Below, in pieces: positions 39,326 to 49,259 of a DNA stretch of 64,000 nt. The notes below the pieces were generated by a model. The model was given only the letters and a program-made list of their open reading frames with translations. It made no database searches and was not told the DNA's origin. The stretch's first letter is position 1, and the number at the start of each line of letters is the position of its first letter. The DNA comes from an uncultured Ignavibacterium sp. (GTDB lineage Bacteria > Bacteroidota > Ignavibacteria > Ignavibacteriales > Ignavibacteriaceae), in assembly GCA_964570375.1 (NCBI GenBank), contig CAZMYA010000018.1, forward strand, positions 13,137-77,136, written 5' to 3'. The position numbers and the translations under genes were made by a program.

Positions 39326-40912
39326 ATGAAAAAAATTCTTATTTCTGATCAGGTAAATGAAAAAAGTGTTAAGATATTAGAGTCAGAAGGATTTTCTGTT
39401 ACATACCAACCGGGGTTAAAAAAGGAAGAACTTCAAAAAATCATTCCTGAGTACAATGCATTAATTGTCCGAAGCGCCACCCAAGTTGATACCGAACTTA
39501 TTTCCCTAATGCAAAATATGGAAGTTATTGGTAGAGCGGGTACCGGCGTTGATAATATTGATGTAAATGCAGCATCACGAAAAGGAATTTTGGTGATGAA
39601 TACGCCCGGTGGCAATACAATCTCAACTGCAGAACACACAATGGCTATGATGCTTTCGCTTTGTAGAAATATTCCACAGGCAAATAAATCTTTAGCTGAA
39701 AGTAAATGGGATAGGAAAAAATATAGTGGATCCGAATTGAGAGGTAAAACTTTAGCAATACTTGGATTAGGAAAAGTTGGTAAGGAAGTTGCTAAAAGAG
39801 CTAAAGCTTTCGGAATGAACATTATTGGTTTTGATCCCTTGCTATCCGATGAAGTTGCGGGTGAATTAGGTGTGCAGTTGTTTCAATTGAATGAGATATG
39901 GAATAAAGCGGATATTATTACTGTGCATGTTCCGTTGAGTGATTCCACAAAAGATCTTATATCAAAATCAACTTTGGATAAGTGTAAAGATGGTGTAAAA
40001 ATTATTAATTGTGCTCGCGGTGGAATAGTAAATGAAAATGATGTAATAGAATCGATTGATAAAGGTAAAGTTTCAGGTGCAGCTTTCGATGTTTTCATAT
40101 CTGAACCGCCTGATTTTACGAGCAAAATATTTTCACATCCAAAAATTATTTGCACACCTCATTTGGGAGCATCCACTGAAGAAGCTCAGGAATTAGTTGC
40201 AATTCAGATATCAGAACAGATAAAAGAATATTTTGTTGAAAATAAAATAAGTGGAGCTGTAAACATTAAAGGATTTGCAGAAAGTCTGGAAAAAGATGTA
40301 CAACCATTTGTTCATCTATGCGAAACTCTCGGTTCCTTTTCGGCTCAACTTTTAACTGACCAATTAAAAAGTATTGATCTTAATTTTAGCGGTAAGTTTC
40401 TTCATAAATTTTCAACTGAACTTACAACATCACTTCTAAAAGGATTTCTATCAAAAAAACTTTCTCAACCGGTTAATTATGTTAATGCGCCTATCCTGAT
40501 AGATGAGATGAAAATTTCTGTTAATGAAAAAAAGAGTGAAGAAAGTTCTGTTTATAAAAATCTGGTTTCAGTTGAAATCCTGACAGATCAATCAAGGAAA
40601 AAAATTTCCGGGACGGTTTTTGGCACAAACGAACTTCGCATTGTTCAAATTGATGATTATCGTTTAGAGTTAAATCCAAAAGGATTTATGATACTTTATC
40701 TGAACATTGATAAACCGGGAATGCTTGCATCTGTGGGAAGAATTCTGGCGGAAGATAATATTAATATTGCAGGATTATCTTTGGGCAGAATTGAAAAGGG
40801 AAGTATGGCTTTAACTGTAATAAACACAGATACTGAAATTCCGGAAAGACTATTAAAAAGTATTGAATCAATAGATGGAATTAACTATATATGCAAAGTA
40901 AACATTAGTTAA
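39326..40912 (+). CDS. serA: D-3-phosphoglycerate dehydrogenase (long form with ASB and ACT domains)
   Basis: 528 aa with 'GLGKVGKEVAKRA' NAD site, 'TPHLGAST' and a C-terminal ACT domain ('LNIDKPGMLASVGRILAEDNINI'). Confidence 0.88.
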   Translation: MKKILISDQVNEKSVKILESEGFSVTYQPGLKKEELQKIIPEYNALIVRSATQVDTELISLMQNMEVIGRAGTGVDNIDVNAASRKGILVMNTPGGNTISTAEHTMAMMLSLCRNIPQANKSLAESKWDRKKYSGSELRGKTLAILGLGKVGKEVAKRAKAFGMNIIGFDPLLSDEVAGELGVQLFQLNEIWNKADIITVHVPLSDSTKDLISKSTLDKCKDGVKIINCARGGIVNENDVIESIDKGKVSGAAFDVFISEPPDFTSKIFSHPKIICTPHLGASTEEAQELVAIQISEQIKEYFVENKISGAVNIKGFAESLEKDVQPFVHLCETLGSFSAQLLTDQLKSIDLNFSGKFLHKFSTELTTSLLKGFLSKKLSQPVNYVNAPILIDEMKISVNEKKSEESSVYKNLVSVEILTDQSRKKISGTVFGTNELRIVQIDDYRLELNPKGFMILYLNIDKPGMLASVGRILAEDNINIAGLSLGRIEKGSMALTVINTDTEIPERLLKSIESIDGINYICKVNIS

Positions 40913-40969
40913 AAACTAACAATTAAATGCACCTATAAGCAAGAGGTGCTGATTTAACGGAAAAATCTC

Positions 40970-42343
40970 ATGAAAAAAATAATTACCTTTTTGTTGTTTA
41001 CTGCGGTCTTTGTAAAAGCTCAAAATAATAAAATAGATTTTGAGTTTGATTATGCACAGTTCTCATATGATTCAACATCTAATTTTGTTGAATTTTATTA
41101 TTCATTTGGTCAATCATCATTAATCCCTGCAAAATCTGATTCAGGAGCAAATCTTGAATGCCTGTTAAAAATATTTATACAGGATACTCTAAATGGAGAC
41201 ACAGTTGTTAATAAACAATGGTTTGTTAAGCATGATATAATTGATACATCCACAATACAGGACCAAGCCTTAGTTGGAACTTTGGGATTTGTTTTACCAA
41301 AGGGAAATCTTCTATGTGAAGTATCAGGAACTGATTTACACAACAAAGATAATAACAGAATGATTGTTGAGCATATGGACGTAATTCCATTTGTTCAAAG
41401 CAATATGAGTGTGAGTGATATTCAGCTTGCTTCAAAAATGATACAAGGAAGTGAAAATAAAAATTCGATATTTTATAAAAACACTTATGAAGTAATGCCG
41501 ATACCAAATCTTGTATTTGGAAAGTTTCAACCTGCGCTTTTCTTTTATACGGAGCTTTATAATCTGCAGGCAGAAAAAGTAAAAAGCAATCTTTTGAAAT
41601 TGAATGAGATCATTTACAACAGTCGTGGAAAGATTCTAAAACAAAAATCAAAGTATATAGATAAAAGTTCAAACTCGCGTGTAGAAGTTGGCGCATTTGT
41701 TCTTGCAAACTATCCTACAGACACATATACACTTGCATTAGCATTGATTGATAGTACTGGTAATCAGGCAACAACAACATCCAAAAAATTCTTTGTTTAT
41801 AATCCTGATGTCCAAGTTGTAGATACTTTTGAAACAGCTACTACTCCTTCTATAAGTTCGGCTTTTGGCGCTATGTCTGAAGAGGAATTAGATGATCTAT
41901 TTTTGAAATCAAAGTATATAGCAACATCAGCAGAAATAGAAAAATGGAATAAGCTGAATAACATTGAAGGGAAGAGATCTTTTATAAATGATTTTTGGTT
42001 AGCGAGGGATCCAAATCCTGCAACTCCGGAAAACGAGTACTTTAGAGAATATCTGCAAAGAATTGAAACCGCAAATCAGAAATATGGTGCAATGGGTAGA
42101 ACAGGTTGGAAAACCGATAGAGGACGTGTTTACCTAATTTATGGTGAACCATCGGAAGTTGAGCGTTATCCTAATCAACTTGAAACAAGACCGTATGAAA
42201 TCTGGCAGTATAATGGAATTGAAGGAGGAGTATATTTTGTTTTTGCCGATCTTACGGGATTTAATGATTATGTGCTCGTTCATTCTACAAAACGCGGAGA
42301 AATTCGTGATGACAATTGGAGCAGAAGAATAGCTGTAAATTAA
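40970..42343 (+). CDS. GWxTD domain-containing secreted protein
   Basis: Signal peptide and C-terminal 'GWKTDRGRVYLIYGEP...YEIWQY'. Confidence 0.8.
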   Translation: MKKIITFLLFTAVFVKAQNNKIDFEFDYAQFSYDSTSNFVEFYYSFGQSSLIPAKSDSGANLECLLKIFIQDTLNGDTVVNKQWFVKHDIIDTSTIQDQALVGTLGFVLPKGNLLCEVSGTDLHNKDNNRMIVEHMDVIPFVQSNMSVSDIQLASKMIQGSENKNSIFYKNTYEVMPIPNLVFGKFQPALFFYTELYNLQAEKVKSNLLKLNEIIYNSRGKILKQKSKYIDKSSNSRVEVGAFVLANYPTDTYTLALALIDSTGNQATTTSKKFFVYNPDVQVVDTFETATTPSISSAFGAMSEEELDDLFLKSKYIATSAEIEKWNKLNNIEGKRSFINDFWLARDPNPATPENEYFREYLQRIETANQKYGAMGRTGWKTDRGRVYLIYGEPSEVERYPNQLETRPYEIWQYNGIEGGVYFVFADLTGFNDYVLVHSTKRGEIRDDNWSRRIAVN

Positions 42344-42367
42344 AAAAGACATTTATTTAGAATATCG

Positions 42368-42497
42368 GAGGCTGTCTCAAAAGTTAAAAATACCGAATTG
42401 TCATTCCCACGAAAGTGGGAATCCATTTTGTTTTATGCGTTTTGGATTCCTGTTTTCACGGGAATGACACATAAAACTCAACTTTTGAGACAGCCTC
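42368..42497. repeat. 130-bp nested palindromic element (terminator-like outer stem enclosing a GTCATTCCC...GGGAATGAC element)
   Basis: The outer 18-bp inverted repeat is perfect: GAGGCTGTCTCAAAAGTT (42368-42385) / AACTTTTGAGACAGCCTC (42480-42497), followed by TTTTATTTT. Inner pairs are TGTCATTCCC (42399-42408) / GGGAATGACA (42460-42469), and the hairpin ATTCCCAC-GAAA-GTGGGAAT (42403-42422). Confidence 0.8.
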
Positions 42498-42565
42498 TTT
42501 TATTTTCTCCAACGAATTAAACCAATCATTTCATTATTTTTGCACATCGTTTACAACCTATTAAG

Positions 42566-43435
42566 TTGAAAAATCAATTAGAATACATATTATTTATTTC
42601 ATTAAGTTATTTCTTTAGGTTTATCGGATTAAATCTTTCAAGAAAGTTCTCTTTTGTTATTGCGTTTATATTCTATCATTTTATTCCCATCAGAAAAAAT
42701 GTAGTTTTTGATAACCTGCGTCATGCATTTCCTCAATATTCTGAAGATAAAATACAAGAAATTGCTTATGGCAGTTATAAAAGTTTTTGCATTACTTTAG
42801 CTGAAATTTTGTATATGCCTTGGCTAAGTGAGAATCAACTTAAAAGCATTATGGTTTGCAATGATAAAGATAAAATAGTGCAAAGATATGATGAAGGTAA
42901 TGGTGTTATTTTACTTTCTGCACATTTAGGAAATTGGGAATATCTTGCAACATCTGTTGCATTACAAATTAATAATAAATTTAACGTTGTAGTTAAACCT
43001 CAAAGAAATCCCTATGTGAACAAGTGGATGAATAAGTACAGAACAAAATGGAATAACAATGTCGTTCCGCTTGGTGTGTCTATAAGAAATATTTTCGCTG
43101 TATTGCTTAACAGGGGAATTGTTGCAATGGTAGCTGATCAAAGAGGACCTGAGGAGAGTTTAAAACTGGAATTCTTTGGCAGAAAAACATCGGTCTATGT
43201 TGGTCCTGCAGTTTTATCTTTAAAAACTAATGCTCCTATAATTTATGGCCTATCTGTAAGACAAAATGATTTTAATTACGACGTTCGAATAATTGAAGTT
43301 GATAGGCAAAATCTACCGGATGATGAAGATGGAAAGATAAAAGTTTTAACTGAAAGAATGGTTAAAATTCTTGAAGATATAATCCGTGAGCACCCCGAAC
43401 AATGGCTCTGGATGCATAGAAGATGGAAACATTGA
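42566..43435 (+). CDS. lipid A biosynthesis (Kdo2-lipid IVA) acyltransferase, LpxL/HtrB family
   Basis: 289 aa with a TTG start, 'SAHLGNWE' H-x4-E/D motif and C-terminal 'PEQWLWMHRRWK'. Confidence 0.8.
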   Translation: MKNQLEYILFISLSYFFRFIGLNLSRKFSFVIAFIFYHFIPIRKNVVFDNLRHAFPQYSEDKIQEIAYGSYKSFCITLAEILYMPWLSENQLKSIMVCNDKDKIVQRYDEGNGVILLSAHLGNWEYLATSVALQINNKFNVVVKPQRNPYVNKWMNKYRTKWNNNVVPLGVSIRNIFAVLLNRGIVAMVADQRGPEESLKLEFFGRKTSVYVGPAVLSLKTNAPIIYGLSVRQNDFNYDVRIIEVDRQNLPDDEDGKIKVLTERMVKILEDIIREHPEQWLWMHRRWKH

Positions 43436-44460
43436 ATATGAATGGCAAAAAAATACTTTTCATCCAAACGGCATTTATAGGTGATGCAATTCTAACTCTG
43501 CCTGCAATTCAAAAGTTAAAAGAAAATAATCCTGATTATGCGGTCGATATTTTGTGTATTCCTGAAAGTGAGGAAATATTTAAATCTAATCCATTTGTTA
43601 GCGATGTTATTTTTATTGATAAAAAAGGAAAGCATAAATCATTACTAAATGTGATAAAATTTTCCTTAGAGTTAAAACAAAAAAAGTATGCTAAAATTTT
43701 TTCAGCACATAGATCTTTTAGAACTTCATTGATTGTTTCTCTGCTTCAGGTAAAAGAGTCTTATGGATTTGATAATTCTTCTTTATCATTTGTTTACAAA
43801 AATTCTGTTCATTACAACTCAAACCATCATGAAGTTCAGAGAAATCTGGATCTTATAGGATTTAGGTACGAAGATAATTCATGGCGAATAAAACCTGAAA
43901 TAGTTTCGGATGAATCGATTAAAATAAAAATCAAATCTTTTTTAGATGAGAATAAAATCAGCAACGATTTAATCTCAATAGCGCCGGGAAGTGTCTGGGA
44001 AACAAAAAAATATCCACAAAAATATTTTAAAGAATTAATTGATTATTTTATCAATAAAAATTATAAAATAATTCTTGTGGGCGGTGAAAAAGACAAAGAA
44101 TTGTGTGCATCTCTGATGAATAATAATAAACATATATTTAATACCGCAGGTGAATTTTCTGTTGTTGAAAGCATCGAATTGTTAAAGCACACAAAATTAT
44201 TGATATCAAACGATAGCGCACCTACACATATGGGAATGGCAGCAGATATAAAAGTTTTAACAATATATTGTTCCACCGTGGCGTCTTTTGGATTTTACCC
44301 TTACAATTTGAAAAGCCGTTTTGTTAGTTATGATGATTTGATATGTAAACCATGCGGAATTCATGGTTTCAATAAATGTCCAATAAATACTTTTGAGTGC
44401 GGAGAAAAATTAGTACCAAAAAATATTTTAGAAATACTGGAGGGAATGTTGAATGATTAA
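43423..44460 (+). CDS. glycosyltransferase family 9 (LPS heptosyltransferase-like)
   Basis: 'ILFIQTAFIGDAILTLP', 'SNDSAPTHMG' and a C-terminal CxxC..C..C cluster. Confidence 0.8.
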   Translation: METLNMNGKKILFIQTAFIGDAILTLPAIQKLKENNPDYAVDILCIPESEEIFKSNPFVSDVIFIDKKGKHKSLLNVIKFSLELKQKKYAKIFSAHRSFRTSLIVSLLQVKESYGFDNSSLSFVYKNSVHYNSNHHEVQRNLDLIGFRYEDNSWRIKPEIVSDESIKIKIKSFLDENKISNDLISIAPGSVWETKKYPQKYFKELIDYFINKNYKIILVGGEKDKELCASLMNNNKHIFNTAGEFSVVESIELLKHTKLLISNDSAPTHMGMAADIKVLTIYCSTVASFGFYPYNLKSRFVSYDDLICKPCGIHGFNKCPINTFECGEKLVPKNILEILEGMLND

Positions 44461-45088
44461 TACAGAACAAACAATGTTAATTAATCTTGATGAAAAATTT
44501 GATGAAGCAATTGAAATAGCTCATGAACTTTATTTAAGCGGGAAAATATTTATCTATCCTACAGATACAATTTATGGTTTTGGCGGTAATCCGTTTAATG
44601 AAGATGTAATAAGTAAAATCAGTCAGGTTAAAGGAAAAGGAAACTGGAGACGTTATATTTTTCTGATTGCAAATATTGAACTGCTGAAAAATTATGTTGA
44701 AATAAAATCAGAAAAGTATCTTGACTTTCTATTAGAGATCTGGCCGAATCCTGTTTCAGTTATTTTGAAATTAAATAAACGTTATCAAGATATTTTGAAA
44801 ATGGATACTTGCGCATTCAGAATTCCGAATCACAGATTTTGCTCGAAGTTATTATCTGAGCTTAAAATGCCGTTGATTTCAACGAGTGTTAACAGAACTG
44901 GAAATGAACCTTTGAATGATCATTCTTTGATCATTCAGGAATTTTCAGATGAAGTAAAAGCAATTTTTTATTCAGAAACAAAATCTTTTGTTGAAGCATC
45001 AACGCTTATTGATTTAAGTGGAGAGGAACCAAAATTTATCCGTGAAGGAAAAATTAAATTCGTAGATTTAATGAAAAAGCTGAGTTAA
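44453..45088 (+). CDS. tsaC: L-threonylcarbamoyladenylate synthase (YrdC/TsaC type)
   Basis: 'IYPTDTIYGFGGNP' and 'STSVNRTGNEP'. Confidence 0.85.
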   Translation: MINTEQTMLINLDEKFDEAIEIAHELYLSGKIFIYPTDTIYGFGGNPFNEDVISKISQVKGKGNWRRYIFLIANIELLKNYVEIKSEKYLDFLLEIWPNPVSVILKLNKRYQDILKMDTCAFRIPNHRFCSKLLSELKMPLISTSVNRTGNEPLNDHSLIIQEFSDEVKAIFYSETKSFVEASTLIDLSGEEPKFIREGKIKFVDLMKKLS

Positions 45089-45113
45089 ATTTATTTAACA
45101 AAATTAGTGTTAT

Positions 45114-45932
45114 ATGTTCAATCTGAAGAAAATTAAAAAAATATCGGTTATTTTTGTTCCCGAAGAAACATCACGAGAACCGCGTTCTTACAAGTTTTCA
45201 TTAAAAAAAATTTTAATTCTGTTTTCACTTTATAGTTTGATTATTTTTTTACTGGGATTTTATATAATCAGTTTTACACCAATTAGCGAAATAATATTTC
45301 CATATAGTTTAAGATTAAGCGATTCTGATAAGAAAAAGATTGAAATCCTTGATAACAAAGTAATAATTTTAGCCAGGGAAATTGAGGCGCTTAAATCGAT
45401 GAATAAAAGATTAAAATTTGCAATAATGTTAGGCGATTCAACTTTAATAAATCCTAAAGATTTGCAGAAAGATACAACCGAAAGTAAATCACCTTATGAA
45501 GGAAATATCCTAGCTGTTGTTCTTAAATTATTTGGTAATAATTTCCATCATCAAATTAAAACAGTAACTTTTATCAAACCGGCGGAAGGATTTATCAGCC
45601 AAAAGTTCAATCCTGAAAAGGGACATTTTGGTTTGGATTTTGTTATGAAAGAAGATCGCCCTGTATTTGCATCAGCTGGTGGTTATGTTGTTTTTGCTTC
45701 TTATACAACAGATTATGGATACAGCATTATTATAAATCACAGTGATAATTATATTACAAAATATTATCATTGTTCTTCATTGCTTAAAAAAGAAGGAGAC
45801 TTTGTTACACAAGGTGAATTAATTGCATTAAGTGGAAATTCAGGAACGGAATCTTCTGGTCCTCATCTGCATTTTGAAATCTGGAAAAACGGAAAACCGA
45901 TTAATCCTTTGGATGTTTTATTAAATAATTAG
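45114..45932 (+). CDS. M23 family metallopeptidase
   Basis: N-terminal TM helix, coiled coil, 'GHFGLDF' and 'GNSGTESSGPHLHFEI'. Confidence 0.88.
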   Translation: MFNLKKIKKISVIFVPEETSREPRSYKFSLKKILILFSLYSLIIFLLGFYIISFTPISEIIFPYSLRLSDSDKKKIEILDNKVIILAREIEALKSMNKRLKFAIMLGDSTLINPKDLQKDTTESKSPYEGNILAVVLKLFGNNFHHQIKTVTFIKPAEGFISQKFNPEKGHFGLDFVMKEDRPVFASAGGYVVFASYTTDYGYSIIINHSDNYITKYYHCSSLLKKEGDFVTQGELIALSGNSGTESSGPHLHFEIWKNGKPINPLDVLLNN

Positions 45933-45941
45933 GAGTATCTT

Positions 45942-46322
45942 TTGAAAACTAAATCAAACGGGAGTTCTATGGAAGAAGTAACAATTATCAGCAGCGGTGT
46001 CGTAATTGAGGGAAAAGTTTCAAGTAACGGTAATGTTCGTGTTGATGGAACTGTAAAAGGGGATATAGTTGCTCAGGGAAATTTAACTGTTGGTGAGCAT
46101 GGTACAATTCAGGGGCAATTAACCGGTGAAGTGGTTTCAATTGGTGGAAAAGTTGAAGGAACTGTAAATGCTAAAGAAAAATTAGTTCTTGAAGCAAAAG
46201 CAGTATTAAAAGGTGATTTGGTAACAAAAATTCTTGTTGTTGAAGCCGGTGCAATGTTTGAGGGAAGAAGTGCAATGGGTAATCAGCCATCGTATAAACC
46301 TCCTGTAAATAAGGCAGAATAA
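45942..46322 (+). CDS. bactofilin (polymer-forming cytoskeletal protein)
   Basis: TTG start with AGGAG 8 nt upstream. It has beta-helical 'G.V.G.V' repeats and the conserved pairing with an M23 peptidase gene. Confidence 0.82.
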   Translation: MKTKSNGSSMEEVTIISSGVVIEGKVSSNGNVRVDGTVKGDIVAQGNLTVGEHGTIQGQLTGEVVSIGGKVEGTVNAKEKLVLEAKAVLKGDLVTKILVVEAGAMFEGRSAMGNQPSYKPPVNKAE

Positions 46323-46324
46323 AA

Positions 46325-46576
46325 TTGTCCAATAATAAAGATAAGGACGCCGGTTTTGCTAATACTCTTCGTGATGTCGGTCCTTATCTTGGTTTAGGAT
46401 TACAATTAGCCATAACCATTGTGGTAATGGTTCTAATTGGAGATTGGATAGATAAAAAATTCGGATTCCATTACATTTTTACGTTAATCTTTGGATTTGT
46501 AGGAATAGGTGCCGGATTGTATAATCTAATCAAAACTGTAAGTGATTTGGAAAAAAAGAATAAAGATAAAAAGTGA
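46325..46576 (+). CDS. AtpZ/AtpI-family small membrane protein (ATPase_gene1)
   Basis: 83 aa with two TM helices. 'LGLGLQLAITIVVMVLIGDWIDKKFG' is typical of the family, and it lies directly upstream of the atp genes. Confidence 0.7.
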   Translation: MSNNKDKDAGFANTLRDVGPYLGLGLQLAITIVVMVLIGDWIDKKFGFHYIFTLIFGFVGIGAGLYNLIKTVSDLEKKNKDKK

Positions 46577-46962
46577 AAGCAATAAAGATCTTTATTATTC
46601 CTCCTGTTTTGTTCTTATTAATTTTAATTTTTCTGCAACATAAAGGGTTAATAACTCCAATAAATTTTAACTCAGTTCTTTATGGATTTATAATATCAAC
46701 AGTTAATATTTTATTAGGGATTTGGACAATTACTTATGGATTAGAGAAGAGCGAAAAAATCTTCCTTATTACAGTATTTGGAGGACTTTTGCTGCGGCTT
46801 CTCATAGTACTTACTCTTATTCTGCTTACCCTCAAATTCTTGTTTGTTAGCCTCAATTCTTTTATCTTTACTACCTTTATTTTTTATTTCTACTATCTCA
46901 TAGTAGAGGTATACATTCTAACACGAAAAAAGAATATTAAAATCAAAAGTAGTAATGGTTGA
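46573..46962 (+). CDS. ATP synthase subunit I-like membrane protein
   Basis: 129 aa with four hydrophobic helices, positioned between atpZ-like and atpB. Confidence 0.5.
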   Translation: MKAIKIFIIPPVLFLLILIFLQHKGLITPINFNSVLYGFIISTVNILLGIWTITYGLEKSEKIFLITVFGGLLLRLLIVLTLILLTLKFLFVSLNSFIFTTFIFYFYYLIVEVYILTRKKNIKIKSSNG

Positions 46963-47800
46963 TTCCACATCAATATCTAATGCAATTGTTGACAGTCTCA
47001 AAAGTTCACAATCTGAGTCTGGCAGCGGTTGGATTTTACATCACGTAACGGATGCAAACTATCTCGATTTTAGTCCATTCTTTAAGATATACCTGCCTCA
47101 TCTTCAACTTTTTGGATTGGATATCTCGATAACCAGACATGTAGTATTTATGTGGATTGGAGCTTTATTATTAGCTTTAGCAATGATTGGTGTGGCTAAA
47201 TCATATAAAAAATCTTTTATCCCAAAGGGTGTAAATAATTTTTGGGAGATCTTTATCATCTTTGTTAGAGATGAAATTGCAAAACCAACTATTGGCAAAG
47301 GTTATGAAAAGTTTTTACCATTTCTGCTAACCGCTTTCTTTTTTATTCTTTTTGGTAATTTTTTAGGATTGGTCCCTTTTTCAGCAACGTTCACAAGTAA
47401 TATTGCAGTTACTGCTACATTAGCAACCATTTCATTTTTGTTCATTCAGATTGGTGGAATGAGAAATAATGGACCATTTGGCTACTTTAAAGGTTTAATA
47501 CCGCATGGTGTTCCGGTTTTACTCTTACCCATTATGATTGTAGTTGAGTTTTTAGGTCTGTTCACAAAACCATTTGCATTGGCAATTCGTCTTTTTGCGA
47601 ATATGACTGCTGGACATATTGTTATCTATGCGCTGATTAGTTTGATATTTGTAATGCAAAGCGTTGCGTGGGCGGGATTGGCTGTACCATTAGCATTGTT
47701 TATTTACTTACTGGAAATTTTAGTCGCACTTTTACAAGCTTATATTTTTACAATGCTGTCATCCCTATTTATCGGAATGGCGGTTCATCAAGATCATTAA
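46955..47800 (+). CDS. atpB: F0F1 ATP synthase subunit a
   Basis: 'AIRLFANMTAGH' essential-Arg motif. Confidence 0.92.
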   Translation: MVDSTSISNAIVDSLKSSQSESGSGWILHHVTDANYLDFSPFFKIYLPHLQLFGLDISITRHVVFMWIGALLLALAMIGVAKSYKKSFIPKGVNNFWEIFIIFVRDEIAKPTIGKGYEKFLPFLLTAFFFILFGNFLGLVPFSATFTSNIAVTATLATISFLFIQIGGMRNNGPFGYFKGLIPHGVPVLLLPIMIVVEFLGLFTKPFALAIRLFANMTAGHIVIYALISLIFVMQSVAWAGLAVPLALFIYLLEILVALLQAYIFTMLSSLFIGMAVHQDH

Positions 47801-47840
47801 AAAAAATAATAATACTAAATCTTAACAAAGGAGAGAATTA

Positions 47841-48059
47841 ATGGACTTTGCATATTTAGCTGCCGGATTAGGCGCAGGTTTAACAATCTTTGGTGGTGCT
47901 TTTGGCATCGGTAAATTGGCTGCTGCTGCAATGGATGCAAGTGGAAGACAACCGGAAGCTGCCGGAGCTATCAGAACCTCAATGATTATTGCCGCTGCTT
48001 TGATTGAAGGTATTTCACTTTTTGCTTTAGTTATTTGCTTCATTTTAGCCGGTAAATAA
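47841..48059 (+). CDS. atpE: F0F1 ATP synthase subunit c
   Basis: 72 aa hairpin protein with 'GRQPEA' loop and 'ALIEG' carboxylate helix. Confidence 0.92.
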   Translation: MDFAYLAAGLGAGLTIFGGAFGIGKLAAAAMDASGRQPEAAGAIRTSMIIAAALIEGISLFALVICFILAGK

Positions 48060-48071
48060 TTTACTAAAATT

Positions 48072-48091
48072 GGAGTGTCTTTAAACACTCC
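48072..48091 (+). other. 7-bp hairpin between atpE and atpF (possible intra-operon mRNA stabiliser/attenuator)
   Basis: GGAGTGT-CTTTAA-ACACTCC, 12 nt after the atpE stop. Confidence 0.3.
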
Positions 48092-48121
48092 TTATCTATT
48101 AATTAAAGAAATTAAAAGATT

Positions 48122-48676
48122 ATGATTGCAAATCAGTTATTTGCTTTTATCGCTTTAGTAGCATCAGAAACAGAAGGAGGTAGTGCAAGTCTGCTTTCAG
48201 TTAACGGAGGTTTGGCGTTTTGGACTACAGTAACTTTTATCCTGCTGTTACTTGTTCTTTCAAAGTTTGCCTGGAAACCTATTCTTAACGCACTTAAACA
48301 AAGAGAAGATGCAATAAAAGATTCTCTAGAACAGGCTGAAAAAGCTAAAGAAGACGCAAAAAAAATCTTGGCAGAAAATCAGAGCAGTCTTGCAAAAGCT
48401 GAAGAGGAATCTAAAAAGATTATTGAACAAAGTAAGCAGTTTGCTGAAGGACTTAAAGAACAGATTTTGAAGGAAAGCAAGGAACAGTCGAAGAGATTGA
48501 TTGAAGAAGCAACTGCTGAAATTGAACGGAAAAAAGATTCAGCTTTTAATGAACTGAAAAGTCAAATTGCTGAGATTTCTGTTAAGGCTGCCGAGAAGAT
48601 TTTGAAAGAAAATATTGATGCTGATAAAAATAAAGTGATTGTAAATAAGTACATAAATGAAATTTCCAAAAACTGA
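48122..48676 (+). CDS. atpF: F0F1 ATP synthase subunit b
   Basis: N-terminal TM helix followed by a long charged coiled coil, in the operon position. Confidence 0.85.
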   Translation: MIANQLFAFIALVASETEGGSASLLSVNGGLAFWTTVTFILLLLVLSKFAWKPILNALKQREDAIKDSLEQAEKAKEDAKKILAENQSSLAKAEEESKKIIEQSKQFAEGLKEQILKESKEQSKRLIEEATAEIERKKDSAFNELKSQIAEISVKAAEKILKENIDADKNKVIVNKYINEISKN

Positions 48677-48678
48677 AT

Positions 48679-49233
48679 ATGCCCAATTATAAAGTAGCTA
48701 ATAGATATGCTTCTTCATTTTTAAGAACTTCTGTTGATAAGAATATACTGGAAAAAGTATATAAAGATTTTAAGTTTGTTTATAACACTTTTGGTGCAAG
48801 TTCAGAACTTAAACGTGCGATGAAAAGTCCGATTATTAAACCGGAAACCAAGAGAAATATTTTAAATGCTCTGTTCGCTGATAAAATCTCAAAAGATTCT
48901 CTTGAGTTCGTTCAATTTATCGCTGAAAAGGGTCGTGAAAAATTTTTGGAAGAAATCCTCAATCAGTTTTTTAACCAGTATGATAATTATTTGGGTATTG
49001 CCAAAGTTTTTGTAACCACTGCTTTTGATCTTACAAAAGATCAAAAAGATTCTCTGAAAGAAAAATTTACTTCAATACTTAATAAAAAAATTGAAATGAT
49101 TTTTGCGGTTGATAAAAGTATAATCGGTGGATTTGTTGCGAAAGTAGGAGATACAGTTTATGATGCATCAGTTTTGCATCAACTAGAATTACTAAAAAAA
49201 CAATTTGTACACGGTAGTGTTGCTATAAATTAA
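48679..49233 (+). CDS. atpH: F0F1 ATP synthase subunit delta
   Basis: 184 aa OSCP family with 'VANRYASSF' and C-terminal '[18 protein letters not shown]'. Confidence 0.88.
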   Translation: MPNYKVANRYASSFLRTSVDKNILEKVYKDFKFVYNTFGASSELKRAMKSPIIKPETKRNILNALFADKISKDSLEFVQFIAEKGREKFLEEILNQFFNQYDNYLGIAKVFVTTAFDLTKDQKDSLKEKFTSILNKKIEMIFAVDKSIIGGFVAKVGDTVYDASVLHQLELLKKQFVHGSVAIN

Positions 49234-49259
49234 AAAGGGAATTTATAAAGGGAATAAAA

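Noticed and set aside
40929-40949. GCACCT-9 nt-AGGTGC hairpin after serA, considered as a terminator.
   Set aside because: The stem has only 6 bp with a large loop and no following T-run.
44011-44018. TATCCACA, an 8/9 match to a DnaA box.
   Set aside because: It is a single isolated copy inside the GT9 coding sequence. There is no cluster of boxes and no adjacent AT-rich unwinding element or dnaA/dnaN context.
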